Positions 21,501 to 35,228 of a DNA stretch of 43,397 nucleotides are shown piece after piece. The notes under the pieces are model-generated. The model saw nothing but the letters and a program-made list of their open reading frames with translations. It searched no databases and was not told the DNA's origin. Source of the stretch: Nemertoderma westbladi (lineage: Eukaryota; Animalia; Xenacoelomorpha); NCBI GenBank assembly GCA_032718475.1, contig JAUCBJ010002802.1, forward strand, positions 1 to 43,397, in the 5' to 3' direction. Every line of letters starts with the position of its first letter. Position 1 is the first letter of the stretch. The position numbers and the translations under genes were made by a program.

Positions 21501-23603
21501 CAACACTTCGAAGTAGTCCACACTTCGAAATAGTCCACACTTCGAAATAGTCCACACTTTCAAATAGTCAACACTTTACTTAGAAATAGTCATCACTTCG
21601 AATAGTCCACACTTCGAAATAGTCAACACTTCGAAATAGTCCACACTTTACTTTGAAATAGTCATCACTTCCAAATAGTCAACACTTCGAAATAGTCCAC
21701 ACTTCGAAATAGTCAAAACTTCGAAATAGTCAACACTTCGAAATAGTCCACAATTCGAAATAGTCAACACTTCGAAATAGTCAACACTTTACTTTGAAAT
21801 AGTCATCACTTCGAAATAGTCCACACTTCCCAATAGTCAACACTTCGAAATAGTCCACATTTCGAAATAGTCCACACTTCGAAATAGTCCACACTTCCCA
21901 ATAGTCAACACTTCGAAATAGTCCACATTTCGAAATAGTCCACACTTCGAAATAGTCCACACTTCCAAATAGTCAACAGTTTACTTTGAAATAGTCATCA
22001 CTTCGAAATAGTCCACACTTCCAAATAGTCAACACTTCGAAATAGTCCACACTTCGAAATAGTCAACACTTTACTTTGAAATAGTCATCACTTCGAAATA
22101 GTCCACACTTCCAAATAGTCAACACTTGGAAATAGTCCACACTTCGAAATTGTCAACACTTCCAAATAGTCAACACTTCGAACACTTCGAAATAGTCCAC
22201 ACTTCGAAATAGTCCACACGTCGAAATAGTCCTGACTTCGAAATAGTCAACACTTCGAAATACTCAACACTTCGAAATAGTCCACACTTCCAAATAGTCA
22301 GCACTTCGAAATAGTCCACACTTCCAAATAGTCAACACTTGGAAATATTCCACACTTCGAAATTGTCAACACTTCCAAATAGTCAACACTTCGAACACTT
22401 CGAAATAGTCCACACTTCCAAATAGTCAACACTTGGAAATATTCCACACTTCGAAATTGTCAACACTTCCAAATAGTCAACACTTCGAACACTTCGAATT
22501 AGTCCACACTTCGAAATAGTCCACACTTCGAAATAGTCCACACTTCGAAATAGTCAACACTTCGAAATAGTCAACACTTCGAAATAGTCCTCACTTCGAA
22601 ATAGTCAACACTTCGAAATACTCAACACTTCGAAATAGTCCACACTTCCAAATAGTCAGCAATTCGAAATAGTCCACACTTCCAAATAGTCAACCAACAC
22701 TTTACTTTGAAATAGTCATAACTTCGAAATAGTCCACACTTCCCAATAATCAACACTTCGAAATAGTCCACACTTCTAAATAGTCCACACTTCGAAATAG
22801 TCCACACTTTGAAATAGTCCACACATTGAAATAGTCCACACTTCCAAATAGTCAACACTTTACTTTGAAATAGTCATCACTTCGAAATAGTCCACACTTC
22901 CAAATAGTCAACACTTCGAAATAGTCCACACTTCGAAATAGTCAACACTTTACTTTGAAATAGTCATCACTTCGAAATAGTCCACACTTCCAAATAGTCA
23001 ACACTTCGAAATAGTCCACACATCGAAATAGTCCACACTTCGAAATAGTCCACACTTCGAAATAGTCCACACTTCCAAATAGTCAACACTTTACTTTGAA
23101 ATAGTCATCACTTCGAAATAGTCCACACTTCCAAATAGTCAACACTTCGAAATAGTCCACACTTCGAAATAGTCAACACTTCGAAATAGTCCACACTTCG
23201 AAATAGTCATCACTTCGAAATAGTCCACACTTCGAAATAGTCCACACTTCCAAATAGTCAACACTTTGAAATAGTCCACACTTCGAAATAGTCAACACTT
23301 CGAAATAGTCCACGCTTCGAAATAGTCATCACTTCGAAATAGTCCACAGTTCGAAATAGTCCACACTTCGAAATAGTCCACACTTCGAAATAGTCAACAC
23401 TTCGAAATAGTCCACACTTCGAAATAGTCCACACTTCTAAATAGTCCACACTTCGAAATAGTCAACACTTCGAAATAGTCCACACTTCCAAATAGTCAAC
23501 ACTTTACTTTGAAATAGTCATCACTTCGAAATAGTCCACACTTCCAAATAGTCAACACTTCGAAATAGTCCACACTTCGAAATAGTCAACACTTACAAAT
23601 AGT
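21501..23603. repeat. 17-bp satellite ACACTTCGAAATAGTC(C/A), with interspersed longer ACACTTTACTTTGAAATAGTCATC variants
   Basis: About 2.1 kb tandem array. Confidence 0.97.
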
Positions 23604-24530
23604 GTTGTGTATATAGTTGAAGAGCGTCTTTATATTATAGATTTTAACCCAATTTTAACACTTCAAAAACGGAAAATTTGAGTTGAATTAGAATAATTGT
23701 TATACTTTAAAATGCATTCAGATTAACCGGCACGTATTTATACAATTATTGAATTATTCAGCTATGCCTATGGTTAGGGTTAAATTATACAATATTAGTA
23801 TATAATATTAGAAAGACCAATTATTTGTTTAATCATATTGCGATATAAATGATGAATGATTTAAGTACTACAGAAATGACAGTTTCATTACAATTGCCTA
23901 CACTTATTTCGAAACAAAATTCGAGCAATTTGGTTTTGAGAAATTATTGTATACAGATAAACCAAAAATTCGACCAAAACAAAGGGCGCGCACAAACCAG
24001 TGTATACTAGTATAGTGGCTAATGAAATATATATACTTCTGTGGCTTTAATTTTATCCTACATAATATTATTAATGATATATATATTAATGTATAATTTA
24101 TGCAAATTACTATTATACTATTTTGCAAATTGACAAAAAAGTTTTTTTATTCTATCATGTGCCAAATTTAATGGAGATTTCAAATCTGCAGGCAGTTTTC
24201 TCATATCTTTTCTCAAACTCAAGTTATTACCCAAAAGGTAAGAGCTGGTCTAAGTTTTGAAAAGCCTTCGAGCAGCACTATATATTACAATTGTAAGGGG
24301 CCCTTTTCATAAAAAAGGCTCTCACATTACAGATATGAATACAATTGCTAGAAAGTTGTTTTACTAGTTATATGTTTAGCAAGCATGAAAAATTTCGTTG
24401 AATTTCATTCATTTTTGAGAAAGTTATCGTTGAACATAGAAAAATGGTATTATCTAAAATGGCGGGAAGGTTTGAATTGTTCCTTAAACTTTAAACACCC
24501 ATATCTCAGAATGACGTTTTTTCATGAAAA

Positions 24531-24814
24531 GGGCTATTTCTCCGCCAGTTTTAAATGAAATGAGTTGAAATTTGGTACACTTGTTAAGATTACCCTTCTC
24601 CATACTTCTTCTGAACAAATTTGGTTGGAAATTCCCTGGAGCCTTTTATATCAAAAAAGGCCCAAAAAAGGCCCTTTTTTGGGGCCTTTTTGTTCTAAAA
24701 AGGCTCCAGAGCATTTGTGGCAAAATTTGTTCAGAAGAATTGGATGCAGGGTTCTTCTGAACCCATATTCCAAATTTCGACAAATTTCAACAAATATTAG
24801 TGGAGAAATAGCCC
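24531..24814. repeat. ~280-bp imperfect palindrome, probably the centre of a non-autonomous DNA transposon
   Basis: Nested pairs gggctatttctcc/ggagaaatagccc, gaaatttgg/ccaaatttc, ttcttctgaacaaattt/aaatttgttcagaagaa and ctggagcctttt/aaaaggctccag; centre ~24672. Confidence 0.85.
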
Positions 24815-25123
24815 TTGGCGCAAAAAGGCACTTTTGGCCATTACGGAGCCATTTTGGGGCCAATTTTAAAAATATTTGGTTTGGTTATTCTCAAACAGTC
24901 CAGACGATGTTTAGTAGCTTAAAAATTAATTTTCATATAATGCCATATATAATATGTTGCCAAATTGGTGCTATTATATTTATTGACATATCTACTAGTT
25001 ATTGTGACAAATTATCTTAATTTAATTGCTAATTTGATGACTAATTGTTGCTATTAAGTTTATCGACATATTTACATTACTGTACATCTCAAACATTGGT
25101 ATATAGGCCTGAGGACGAATTGA

Positions 25124-25665
25124 AATTGTAGTATTTGCGAATTAGTGCTGAGGTTTTGCTTATTAATCCAATTAACGTTACGTATTACTCAGTACTATTT
25201 GACATATCTACACAGCATCATCTAAATTACATATCAAATATTGCCAATATAATTAATAATTGTAGTATTGGCTAATTAGTGCTGAGGTTTTGCTTATTAA
25301 TCCAATTAACGTTACGTATTACTCAGTACTATTTGACATATCTACACAGTATCATCTAAATTACATATCAAATATTGCCAATATAATTAATAATTGTAGT
25401 ATTGGCTAATTAGTGCTGAGGTTTTGCTTATTAATCCAATTAACGTTACGTATTACTCAGTACTATTTGACATCTACACAGTATCATCTAAATTACATAT
25501 CAAATATTGCCAATATAATTAATAATTGTAGTATTGGCTAATTAGTGCTGAGTTATTACTTTTTATATTTTAATTCAATTAACCTCTTATTACCTATTTA
25601 ATCAGTACTATTTGACATATCTACAGTATTATTTACATTACATCTCAAATATTGCTAATATAATG
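25124..25665. repeat. 134-bp AT-rich tandem repeat (3 near-identical copies plus a degenerate fourth)
   Basis: gtgctgag recurs at 25145, 25279, 25413 and 25545. Confidence 0.92.
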
Positions 25666-25849
25666 ATGAATTTGTGCAATCAAATTTATTGACATATCTC
25701 TACATTACTATTGTGACAAAGTAGCGCTATTTAATTTAAATTAGTTATTCATAGATATTGGTTAGATTATGACAAAAAATTGTTAAATTACATAAATTTG
25801 AATTCCAACTGATTAATAAATTGTAGTATGTGTACGGTTTAGGCCCTAC

Positions 25850-26442
25850 TGTGAGCGGATCCAATTCGCTGCACTACCCAGCGGAAAATGGGGAAAGTGG
25901 CTTTTTACCAATTATAGTTGATTAGGTGACATTACCAATATAATGTCACCTAACAACCAACGGAGGCAATATACATTGCCAGCCACAAGGAGAGATGAGA
26001 GGCTACAACTCATCTCAGGGTAGAAGCTAAAATAGAAACAGGGAAAGGTAGGTTTGGCCAAGGGGATAGATCGACCAATGGATGGACAGCATGTGTCCAA
26101 TTACAGCGCGTCCACTGGTTGGCCACACCTAGGTAGATAATGTGTCCCATGTAATATATAACCGTTACTCTGTCAATTGTGCTTTAGTTGGTATATTGGG
26201 TGAGCAGAAGTCGAACGGTTTTCAACCGTCATCATTGTATGCTGTCATTGTGTTACTGATTGTGCTATACTACCAGTACTTGTATACTTATCAGAGATTA
26301 ACAACATTAACACCAAACTCTTTTATTATACCGGCCTTTGGCCTTTCAGTCATTCAGCCATTGCAAGCGGACGCGGCGACGCGTATTAAACCAAGACAAA
26401 ACCCGGTCGGGATTCCCTCACCAACTCGGGGATCCCGTCACA
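25850..26442 (+). mobile_element. 5' LTR of a BEL/Pao element
   Basis: TGTGAGCGGAT...GATCCCGTCACA; both ends match the solo LTR at 37970-38597 and the start matches the LTR at 32344. Confidence 0.85.
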
Positions 26443-29400
26443 GTTGAAAACCAGACTCAGTTGCGATGACAAAAACAAACTGCGATGATGACACGCTAAA
26501 GACACGCCAACAATGAGCGAACGAACACCCCAGGGTTCAGAGAGGGGCGGAAGTCTGCCGCAAACCCCGAGCGACAGAGACCAAACTATTCGGGAAGCGG
26601 AGACGAGGCGGTACTGGCCCGCCACACCGGATTCGCCAAGGAATGACGATACGGTTGTCGAGGAGGAAGGCGGGCAGGTACGAGGGGACGAGAAGCGGGA
26701 GTCGACACGGGACGGGAGCGGCGGGAGGAATACCGGAGTCGCCAGCCAACTAGCGGCTACAGGCGGCGAGAGGCCCACCAGAACGGCAACAGTGGGGCCG
26801 ATGGTACCATGCCGGACGAGGAGAGGAGACCAAGAAGTCGAGGAGGAGGACATTGGGACGAGCGATCGCCTACGACGGGCGTATAACGCCACGAGGAAAA
26901 CTCTAAAGGATGATAAAACATGAGGAAAGGTAGACGAGCCCAAGTTGAATCGGAGACTCGGTGAGTATAACAAACATTTTCAATACCTAGCCCGATTTGG
27001 GCAGGGGGAACTGGCGAGTTAAAGGGCGAGAGGGGTCGCCACAGAACTGTTTGAATTGTGGCAATCTGAGATAATGCCATATGGTGTAGTGTACATAGGG
27101 CCTTATCTGGTGGATGCGTGGGGGATTAAGTGAGTGGGATGGGCGGGTCCAAATGATGCCGAAGCCGAAGCTAACCCGGAGGATTCGGTATCGTCCGTTA
27201 GTAAAAATGCTAGCAAGCACGACAAAATTAGTGGAACGAATAGGCGACGGGAGTCCCTTCGCAACTGAAAAGTCCACTACACCCTCCGCGAAAGCAAGAC
27301 GGGTGTTAGAGATAGATCTGGCGTGTCAACTAGATCTTGTTGCACTGGATCAAAAGGAACTAGAAAGGCAGTTGGATGAAGGAACTGCGTTGCTAGAGAG
27401 GAAGAGAGAATTAGCGAGAGAGTATAAGGAGAGGGCCGAGAGGGTGGCGAGAAACTATAGGGAGCGGGAGGAGAAAGAGATAAACAAGCGCGAAGAGCGG
27501 GAGGAGAGAGTGGAAAGCGAGCGCAAAGAGTGGGAGGTGAAGGAGATGAACGTAGATATAACGCAGGGAGTAGAGGATGCGAGGAGGGCAATAGAGACGA
27601 ACGAGGAAGCGTTGCTACGAGCAACTGGAGGGGAACGACAGACAGTGAACCGTCAGTAGTCGAGATGGAGACAGAGAGCCGGTGGGGTCGTACTCCGGGA
27701 GATTGCCGTCACCTCGGAGAAACACAACCTGGTGAAAATATACCACACACCGGGAGAGGGGTACAGAGTGTACCGGTATGAGGATGAAGACAGGAGAGGG
27801 GACCGGAGAGAAACTTCCCGTCGGAAAGTAGCTGCTGATCGAGAATATGGTAGTCGCGGGGAGGACTTCTTGGAACACTCGAGAAGATTAAACTTCGGTC
27901 TGGAAGGACACAGGCAGACTGCAGGACATACTGTAGGCCTTACTGCACATACTATAGGCCATGCTGGGAGAGATAGTGCAGGCGATAGGGTAGCGCAGAC
28001 AACGGGATTAAACCCGGAGGTCACGGCGTACATACCGGTCGGTATGCAAGAAGTGGATAGGCCTATACCGGTACCTGCACACCAGTATGACTATAACATG
28101 CAGGGATATAATATATACCCAGGGGAGGGGGGAGGTATTGCCGATAGGTGTATGGGCCCCAACATGATAACATCAACCCCAGTACCAAACATAACACCGG
28201 TGGGGGGGGGGGGGGGGGGGGCAGGGTGACATTCCCCCATTACATTATCAGCAATACACGCAGCCAAGAACAAAAACCCCAAACCCCCCAGAACCAAATA
28301 GGTCATGCGACACGGAGATATGGAGGGGACCGTTACCCCCGATGATATATCCAACGCAAGGAAAGTCGACAGGCCCGACGGGTGAACCACACCCAACAGC
28401 AAGGGAGTCTGTATCCCTACCATCGAGCGCGCTGGAAGTACAAGCGATGGGAATGGCAACACTCATCGATGCACTGAAGACCAGGATCGAGCTACCGCCA
28501 GTGGAGCCGTTCAAATTCGATGGTAGTAAGCTGGAGGAATATCTGCAATTCCAGCGTATGTACAGGAATGAAATTTTAACAAAGAACTTGACGCAGGCGG
28601 AGTGCCTTAAATACTTACAAGTCTACACAGGGGGGCCAGCATACGACATTGTGAGGCAATACCAAGGTATTGAAGGAGGATTCACGACTGCATGGCGAGA
28701 CCTGGACAGGGAATTCGGGCATCCTGCGAAGATTATCCGACAAACCTTAAGGGGAATAACATCGGGCGGACTACAGGATAACCCTGTCAGCTTTAAAACC
28801 TTCGCGAATAAAGTCGAAAAGGCGTTGATTGTATTAAAGACTCTAGATGCACCTTACGAACTCAATGCATCAAACAACATCACTACAATAGCGCAGGCAC
28901 TGCCGATCTGGCTGAGGAACAAGTGGAGAAAGATTGCCTTCTCCACCCAGGAGAATATAGGTGCGGAGCCAGGGCTGGAGGAGATGTCGAACTTCCTTAA
29001 CTATGAAGTGGAATTGATCACAGACCCAGTCTATAGTAAGGAGAGTCTCGGTAAAGTACCGAAAGCGGAATGCAGCTGGCATAAACCCGAACATAGTCCG
29101 GCGGACCCATTACCGAGAGTGAGGCAATCATTGCCATACGCAACCATCCAGGGGACTTGTAGTCCACAGAACAGCCATGGTGACTATGGAGGAAACAACA
29201 CCCCTGACACGGGTATGTGCAACCAAACGAAACGAAATGGAACGGGGACTTCTAGTCCACATAACAGCCGTGGTGAATATCGAGGAACCAACACCCTTGA
29301 CGAGAGTTTATACAACCAAAAAAACAAACAATCCGATTCAGACCTGGGCGAAATACGCAAGACGCTATACAGAGAGCGTTATAATCCATTCTATAGGTGT

Positions 29401-32343
29401 CAAATACATAGAAAGCATGTCATATGTGGGATACGACGCATAAGACCATTGATTGCGACCAGTGGCGGGCACTGCTGAAAGAAGATCGATTAGACTATAC
29501 AGGGAGATTTGGGTTATACCATAGATGCGCGAGGGGAGGACATAAGAAGGATAGGTGTCGAGAGAAACCACCAAAGTACACTGAGACTGATGAGACTGGA
29601 GGCCAAACCATGGCGACGAGCACCATGACAGCAAAGAGGAAGAGGATGGTACTACTCGGAGTAGTACCAGTGAGAATAATAGGAGAGGATGGGCTATCGG
29701 TCACAACACTAATGTTGGTCGATAGTGATGGACGATAGTTCAGCTCCTAACGGAGGGTTGGGTGGCCGAAAAGATAGGGTTACGAACGAAGCCAAGCAAG
29801 ATGGCGGTAACCACTATCTTGAGTAAAGATGAGGTCTTGAGGATGAGAATGAGGCGTTGCGATATATCAGCGATAACACCAGGGTGCGATTATGGGGCGA
29901 CTATTGATCCCATTCAAATAATAGAATCAATTAATATAAACGGCAGGCGGCCCACAAAGATCGAGGTCGAGCAATACCAGTTCCTGGATGATATCGATTT
30001 CTCCGTACCTGACTGGACGTCCCGAAAGTATCTCTCATAGTCGGCATGGACTGCCCGACGGCCCACGAGAGACTATGGACCATATTCAGAGAGGATAAGG
30101 AGTGAGACCCGATGGCGATTCTCACGCCATTTGGATGGACACTCAGCGGCCCAATCAAGACTAGAATTCCGTTTAGCGTGTCGGAATCCTCTGGGTGCAT
30201 GTTCGCGGGCGCAATGAGAGAAATGGAGGATGAAGGAGCAGAGGAGAAACCAAAGACGGGCAATGGGGAGGTCCCATATGGGAAGCGGCCTGAGGGAGGA
30301 CATCAGGAGTCGGGGATGGGTATGGATCTGGAACCACGCATAGTGGAGCGTGATGAAAGGGTGGAGGATAAGTCCAGAGAAATACCACCGATAGATGAGT
30401 CAGGAGGAGAAACAACAGCAAGGGAGTAGGTGGAGGAGAATGGATTCAATGCAGAAGACCTAGAGGCGATGGGATGGAACATAGATGTTCCTGGTGAGTA
30501 TCGGTATGAGGATGGGGAAGAGTTGACGGCAAGACATCCGGAGAGATGTTCGGGACAGACGCCGGTCCAGTTGAGAAGCATACTGATAGGGAGGAGGTCG
30601 AGTAAGAAGATAAGGTGGAAAGGGAGAGTATGTGGGAGGATTAGACCAAGGGCGGAGCAGCCGATGATGAAGCGTGACAAAGAAGGCAGGAGAGTTGGAG
30701 GAGACATGTTGTACACGCACACGGGGCTGGCAAAGTGCGAGGGGGCATTAAATGGTAAGCCATTATGCGTACTGAGGGATGACCGAGGGTCATCAGGGGC
30801 TTTAACGCCGGCGTACATATTGAGGGGGAGGCCAGCAGAGGTGGCATATATCAGTGAGGATGACATGAAGGGCGGCATTCTACCACCAAGTGATGACGAG
30901 ATGAAGGGTGGCATTTTGCCGCTAGGGGATGACGATGAGGAGTTCTGTGGGGCGGAGGAGAGACCCGATTTTACAGTGGAGGAGAAGGGAAGGTCAGATC
31001 CAAGAGAGTTGGAACTGACAGGTAGGGTGAAGGAGAAGGGAAGGTCAGATCATAGAGAGTTGGAACTGACAAGAAGGTCGGATCCAAGAGAGTTGGAACT
31101 GACAGGGAGAGTGGGACGAAGAGTAAGAAGACCTACAGGGGGGCAGCGGGCGAGTTGCCTGCTGCAAGAATCGCCCTTAGGATGTTGAGTCATCCAATAA
31201 GTTGGACTGAGGGGGGTGGGAATGAGGGCGATACACCCTTCCCACAAAATAAATAACAATAAAATAATATATATAAAAAAAAATAATAGGAGTAGTTACA
31301 ATTACGTACGTCTGATGGGTACAAAATGTACAATACATACATACTAACATATGGTACGACGTACCAACATACAGTAATTTACATGCACCGGGTTAATGGG
31401 ACCATACATATGCACTAACCAATTACGTACGTCTGATGGGTACAAAATGTACAATACATGCGTACTAACGTATGGTACGACATACCAACGTACAGTAATT
31501 TACATACACTGGGTCAATGGGACCATACATACACACTAACCAATTACGTACGTCTGATGGGTACAAAATGTACAATGCATACGTACTAACGTATGGTATG
31601 ACGTACCAACGTACAGTAATTTACGCACGCCGGGTCAATGGGACCATACGTACGCACTAATGCCGGGTCAATGGGACCATACATATGCACTAACCAATTA
31701 CGTACGTCTGATGGGTACAAAATGTACAATACATACATACTAATGTATGGTACAACGTACCAACGTACAGTAATTTACGCACGCTGGGTTAATGGGACCA
31801 TATGCCAGGTCAACGGGACTAATGACTAGAACAGCAGGACGAGACTTTAGACGGATCCCACTGACATGATGTACACATGCGTGGGACCCGATAAGAGTGT
31901 GGAGAGTGGCGGCGGGGACGGGTTTGAGAATGAAAGTATGAGGGGGAATGAGAATGAGGAGGTGTTAGGGTGTGAGGAAGTTAAAGAAGTGCGAGATTCA
32001 AGTGTGGGGGGCGAGCACGGAGGAGGATGAGTCCCAATGGACTGGTGAGAGAGGAAGGGACAGCAAGGTCCGTGAGGAAGATTGGAGGAAGGTTAGAGGA
32101 AAGTTGTGTGGAGAGTGAGGACAATGATCTCAAACAGAGGCACTAGATACCTTGGTGCAACATAGCTTGCGATTGTACCAAGGATGGGTAGTAATAACAG
32201 ACCCATGGGGGCCGGTCTGGAAAGCCGACCCCGAGAAGAAAACTCCACCCCACATCCAATATTAGATTGGATTCCAGCGGAATTGAAGCACACTTGAGGT
32301 TGATGCTATCTTCTCACCGGGAAGATAGCAGGGGGGGGGGGAG
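26443..32343 (+). mobile_element. Internal region of a non-autonomous BEL/Pao element (gag, protease, integrase tail; no RT/RNase H seen)
   Basis: DUF1759-like LPPVEPFKFDG...LKYLQVYTGGPA...AWRDLDREFG (28342-29478); decayed knuckle HRCARGGHKKDRC; protease LVDSDG; MAILTPFGWTLSG; integrase tail CEGALNGKPL...ALTPAYILRG; G-run PPT ending 32343. Confidence 0.88.
31299..31803. repeat. 121-bp tandem repeat (~4 copies) inside the BEL 3' internal region
   Basis: caattacgtacgtctgatggg at 31299, 31420, 31541 and 31695. Confidence 0.92.
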
Positions 32344-32810
32344 TGTAAGCGGATTCAATTCCCTACATTACCCACCGAAAATGGGACCAGTGGCATTTTA
32401 CCAATATAGTTGGCGATGCGAGATTACCAATAATAATCTCGCCTCATAACCAACTGGGGGGGGGGGGGCGATACACGCCATGAGCCACAGAGAGAGGTGA
32501 GAGGTCAAACCACCTCAGAGGGACAAACCAGCTAGTGAGGCTAGCAGCAGGGGGTAACACCAAGAGGGAGTGGCGAGGCGAGAATTAATAGTTGAGCCAA
32601 TAACTGGCAAGGAAGTAGATTGGGAGGATAGGAAAGCATCCATTGGGTACCAGAGGCCATATAGTAGTGTAGGGCTGAAACCAATGTGTGTCAGTTATAT
32701 AATCATTCGAATTACTGTTTTCCAGTTCAGTTGATTTCCTCACGGTTGCAAACCGGCATAGGTTTTGACTGTCATTTATACTGTGCTGTTGCTGTTACTA
32801 TACTGCTCCA
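32344..32810 (+). mobile_element. 3' LTR, truncated at the LINE junction
   Basis: TGTAAGCGGATTCAATTCCC directly after the PPT; colinear with the solo LTR until ~32805. Confidence 0.88.
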
Positions 32811-32813
32811 TGA

Positions 32814-35228
32814 ATGAAGACTGTCCATCCAGGTAATGGCGGGGCAGTGTGGTTCAATGATGCGTGTAAAGAGGAAAAGACTGTATTTTCCAGGGCACTT
32901 AGAGATTGGCAAAGTGTGCATAGCAATGAGAACTTGTTAGTTTTACAATCCAGGCGTACAGCTTATAAGAGAGTCTTGAGGAAGGCTAGGTATGAGTATT
33001 TAAGCAATCAGTCTGAATGTTTAACTCCATTTTATAAGGGTAATATAAAGAAGTTCTGGAAGAAGTTAAAGAGTGTATGTAGGACAAGCAGGCGTGTGGG
33101 TGAGCAAGAACCTTCGCTTTCCGAGTTTGAAACGCACTTCCGAGAATTGTCAGGCAAGGTATCAGGTTTTGAGGATATGGGGGTGTGTCCTCGGACAAAT
33201 ATTGATTTAATTGAAAGTAGGGTGACATTTGAGCTTTTATTAGGGGACCCCTTCGAAGAAGAGGAGGTCTCTAGAGCGTGGGCGAACTTGAAGAGGGGTA
33301 AGTCGCCCGGAGTAGACAATATATTAAGTGAGTATCTTATACTTGGCTCTACACAGTTGTTATCGATAATAACATGCTTGTTTAATGCTATTCTATACAC
33401 AGGATATTTCCCAGAAGGATGGGCACTCGGGCTTATTGTTCCACTGTACAAGAATAAAGGTTGCAGATTGGATCCGGGAAATTTCAGAGGTATAACATTG
33501 TTAAGTATTCTTGGGAAGTTGCTAACTTCGCTAATAAACAGCCGACTCACTTGGTGGGCTGGGTGTTTCAGGACTATTATAGAGTCCCAGGCAGGATACC
33601 GCCCAGGTTATTCCACAATAGATCAGATCTTTATATTAAATTCGCTTATCGAACACTACGTTTTGAATGATGGGAAGAAATCTCGGCTTTATTGTAGTTT
33701 CATAGACTTTAAAAAAGCATTTGATTCGGTGGACAGAAATGCCCTGTGGATTAAATTGATCTCGCTGGGATTTGGTGGTCGCTTGTTCCAGTTAATTAAA
33801 AGCATATACTCAAATGTGAAGTGTTGTGTTCGGAAGGATGGGATATCAAATGAGTTTACATGCTTGCTGGGCGTGATTCAAGGTGAATGCCTGTCGCCTT
33901 TACTGTTTTCACTTTTTCTCAATGATCTCGAGAGTGAATTAGAGAGTGGTCAGGTGGCGGGTGTTGTCATGGGATACGTGAAACTCTATTTACTTTTATA
34001 TGCCGATGACATTGTTCTGTTGGCCAACACACCTCAGGATCTGCAGGGCGCTTTGACATGTCTAGAACATTATTGTGATTATTGGTCCCTCAGAGTAAAT
34101 CTTTCTAAGTCGAAGGTAATCGTTTTTAGGAAGGGTGGTTTGGTCTCCAGTCAAGACAGGTGGTTATACAAAGGGGAGGAGCTTGAGGTTGTAAATCACT
34201 ATACATATCTGGGAATTGAGTTGTCTTCTACTGGCAAATTCGCATTAGCGCAGTCTGCGTTGGGTGATCGTGCGAGGAAAGCGCTATTCATGCTGATGCG
34301 TTATATTGCATTTTTCCCTAACATAAGTTTCGGAATGGCAAGAAATCTTTTTAACACTCTTGTAAAACCCATAATGATGTATGGGTGTGAGGTGTGGGGT
34401 TTTCACCAAGCCACGGATATTGAACGAGTAAGTCTACGATTCATTAAATATTTTCTAGGTGTCAAAAGATCATCTCCTAATTTCGCAGTATATGGTGAAA
34501 CTGGCATTTTTCCTCAAGACATTGAACGCAAGATTAGGATAATCAAATATTGGCTGAAAATTTTGAAACTTCCACGATATCGTCTAACCAAGGCATCCTA
34601 TTTATTTCTTCTGGACGATGTCCTAGTAAGGAGAGCAACAAATTGGGTTTCTAGAGTGAGGGACCTGTTGAATGCAACAGGATTTTCTGGAGTGTGGAAT
34701 GCCCAGTTAGTGGAATCTGAAACCTCCTTCGTCAACAAGTTCAGGTCGAGGTTGCAGGATATTTTCATACAAGAATGGTGGACAGATGTTGAGACATCCC
34801 CAAAAGGTACTCTTTATTGTAAAGACTCCTTTGCCTGTGAGCCCTATTTGGACTGTCTGAAGGGTCATGTCTTATTGCGAAGATCAATTTCGCAACTACG
34901 TTGTTCATCGCATCATCTTGCCATTGAGTCTGGGAGATGGTACGAGATTCCAAGGAATGACAGAGTATGCCGTTTATGTGGAAATCGTGACATGGTTGAG
35001 TCGGAATATCATTTTCTTCTAGTCTGTACGGCGTATTCAGAAATCCGTGAGAAATACCTTGGTCATTATTTCGCTCTTCATCCATCTCTTTTAAAATTCC
35101 AGGACTTATTCCGCAGGACTCGCAGCAGCAATGCAACCTGGTCCATCAAACTCGGAATGTACATCATTATGGCATCCAGAACTCGGGAGGCTCGATTGGG
35201 AAGTTTTGGGCAGCTGGGGTTGGTATAA
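32814..35228 (+). mobile_element. 5'-truncated non-LTR retrotransposon ORF2 (RTEX-like): RT plus C-terminal Cys/His motif, no endonuclease
   Basis: 804-aa open frame with WFNDAC, KSPGVD, NFRGITLLS, FIDFKKAFDSV, QGECLSPLLF, LLYADD, YTYLG and LAIESGR...CRLCG...ESEYHFLLVC. Confidence 0.93.

Noticed and set aside
16027-23449. ORFs within the 24-bp and 17-bp satellites
   Set aside because: Translations of tandem repeats.
24565-25020. Opposite-strand ORFs sharing KKGPFLG
   Set aside because: A consequence of the DNA palindrome.
25105-25150. CTGAGGA-cgaatt-GAAA as a minimal hammerhead or retrozyme next to the 134-bp repeat
   Set aside because: Stem II has no closing pair, stem I does not pair, and the core is not part of the repeated unit.
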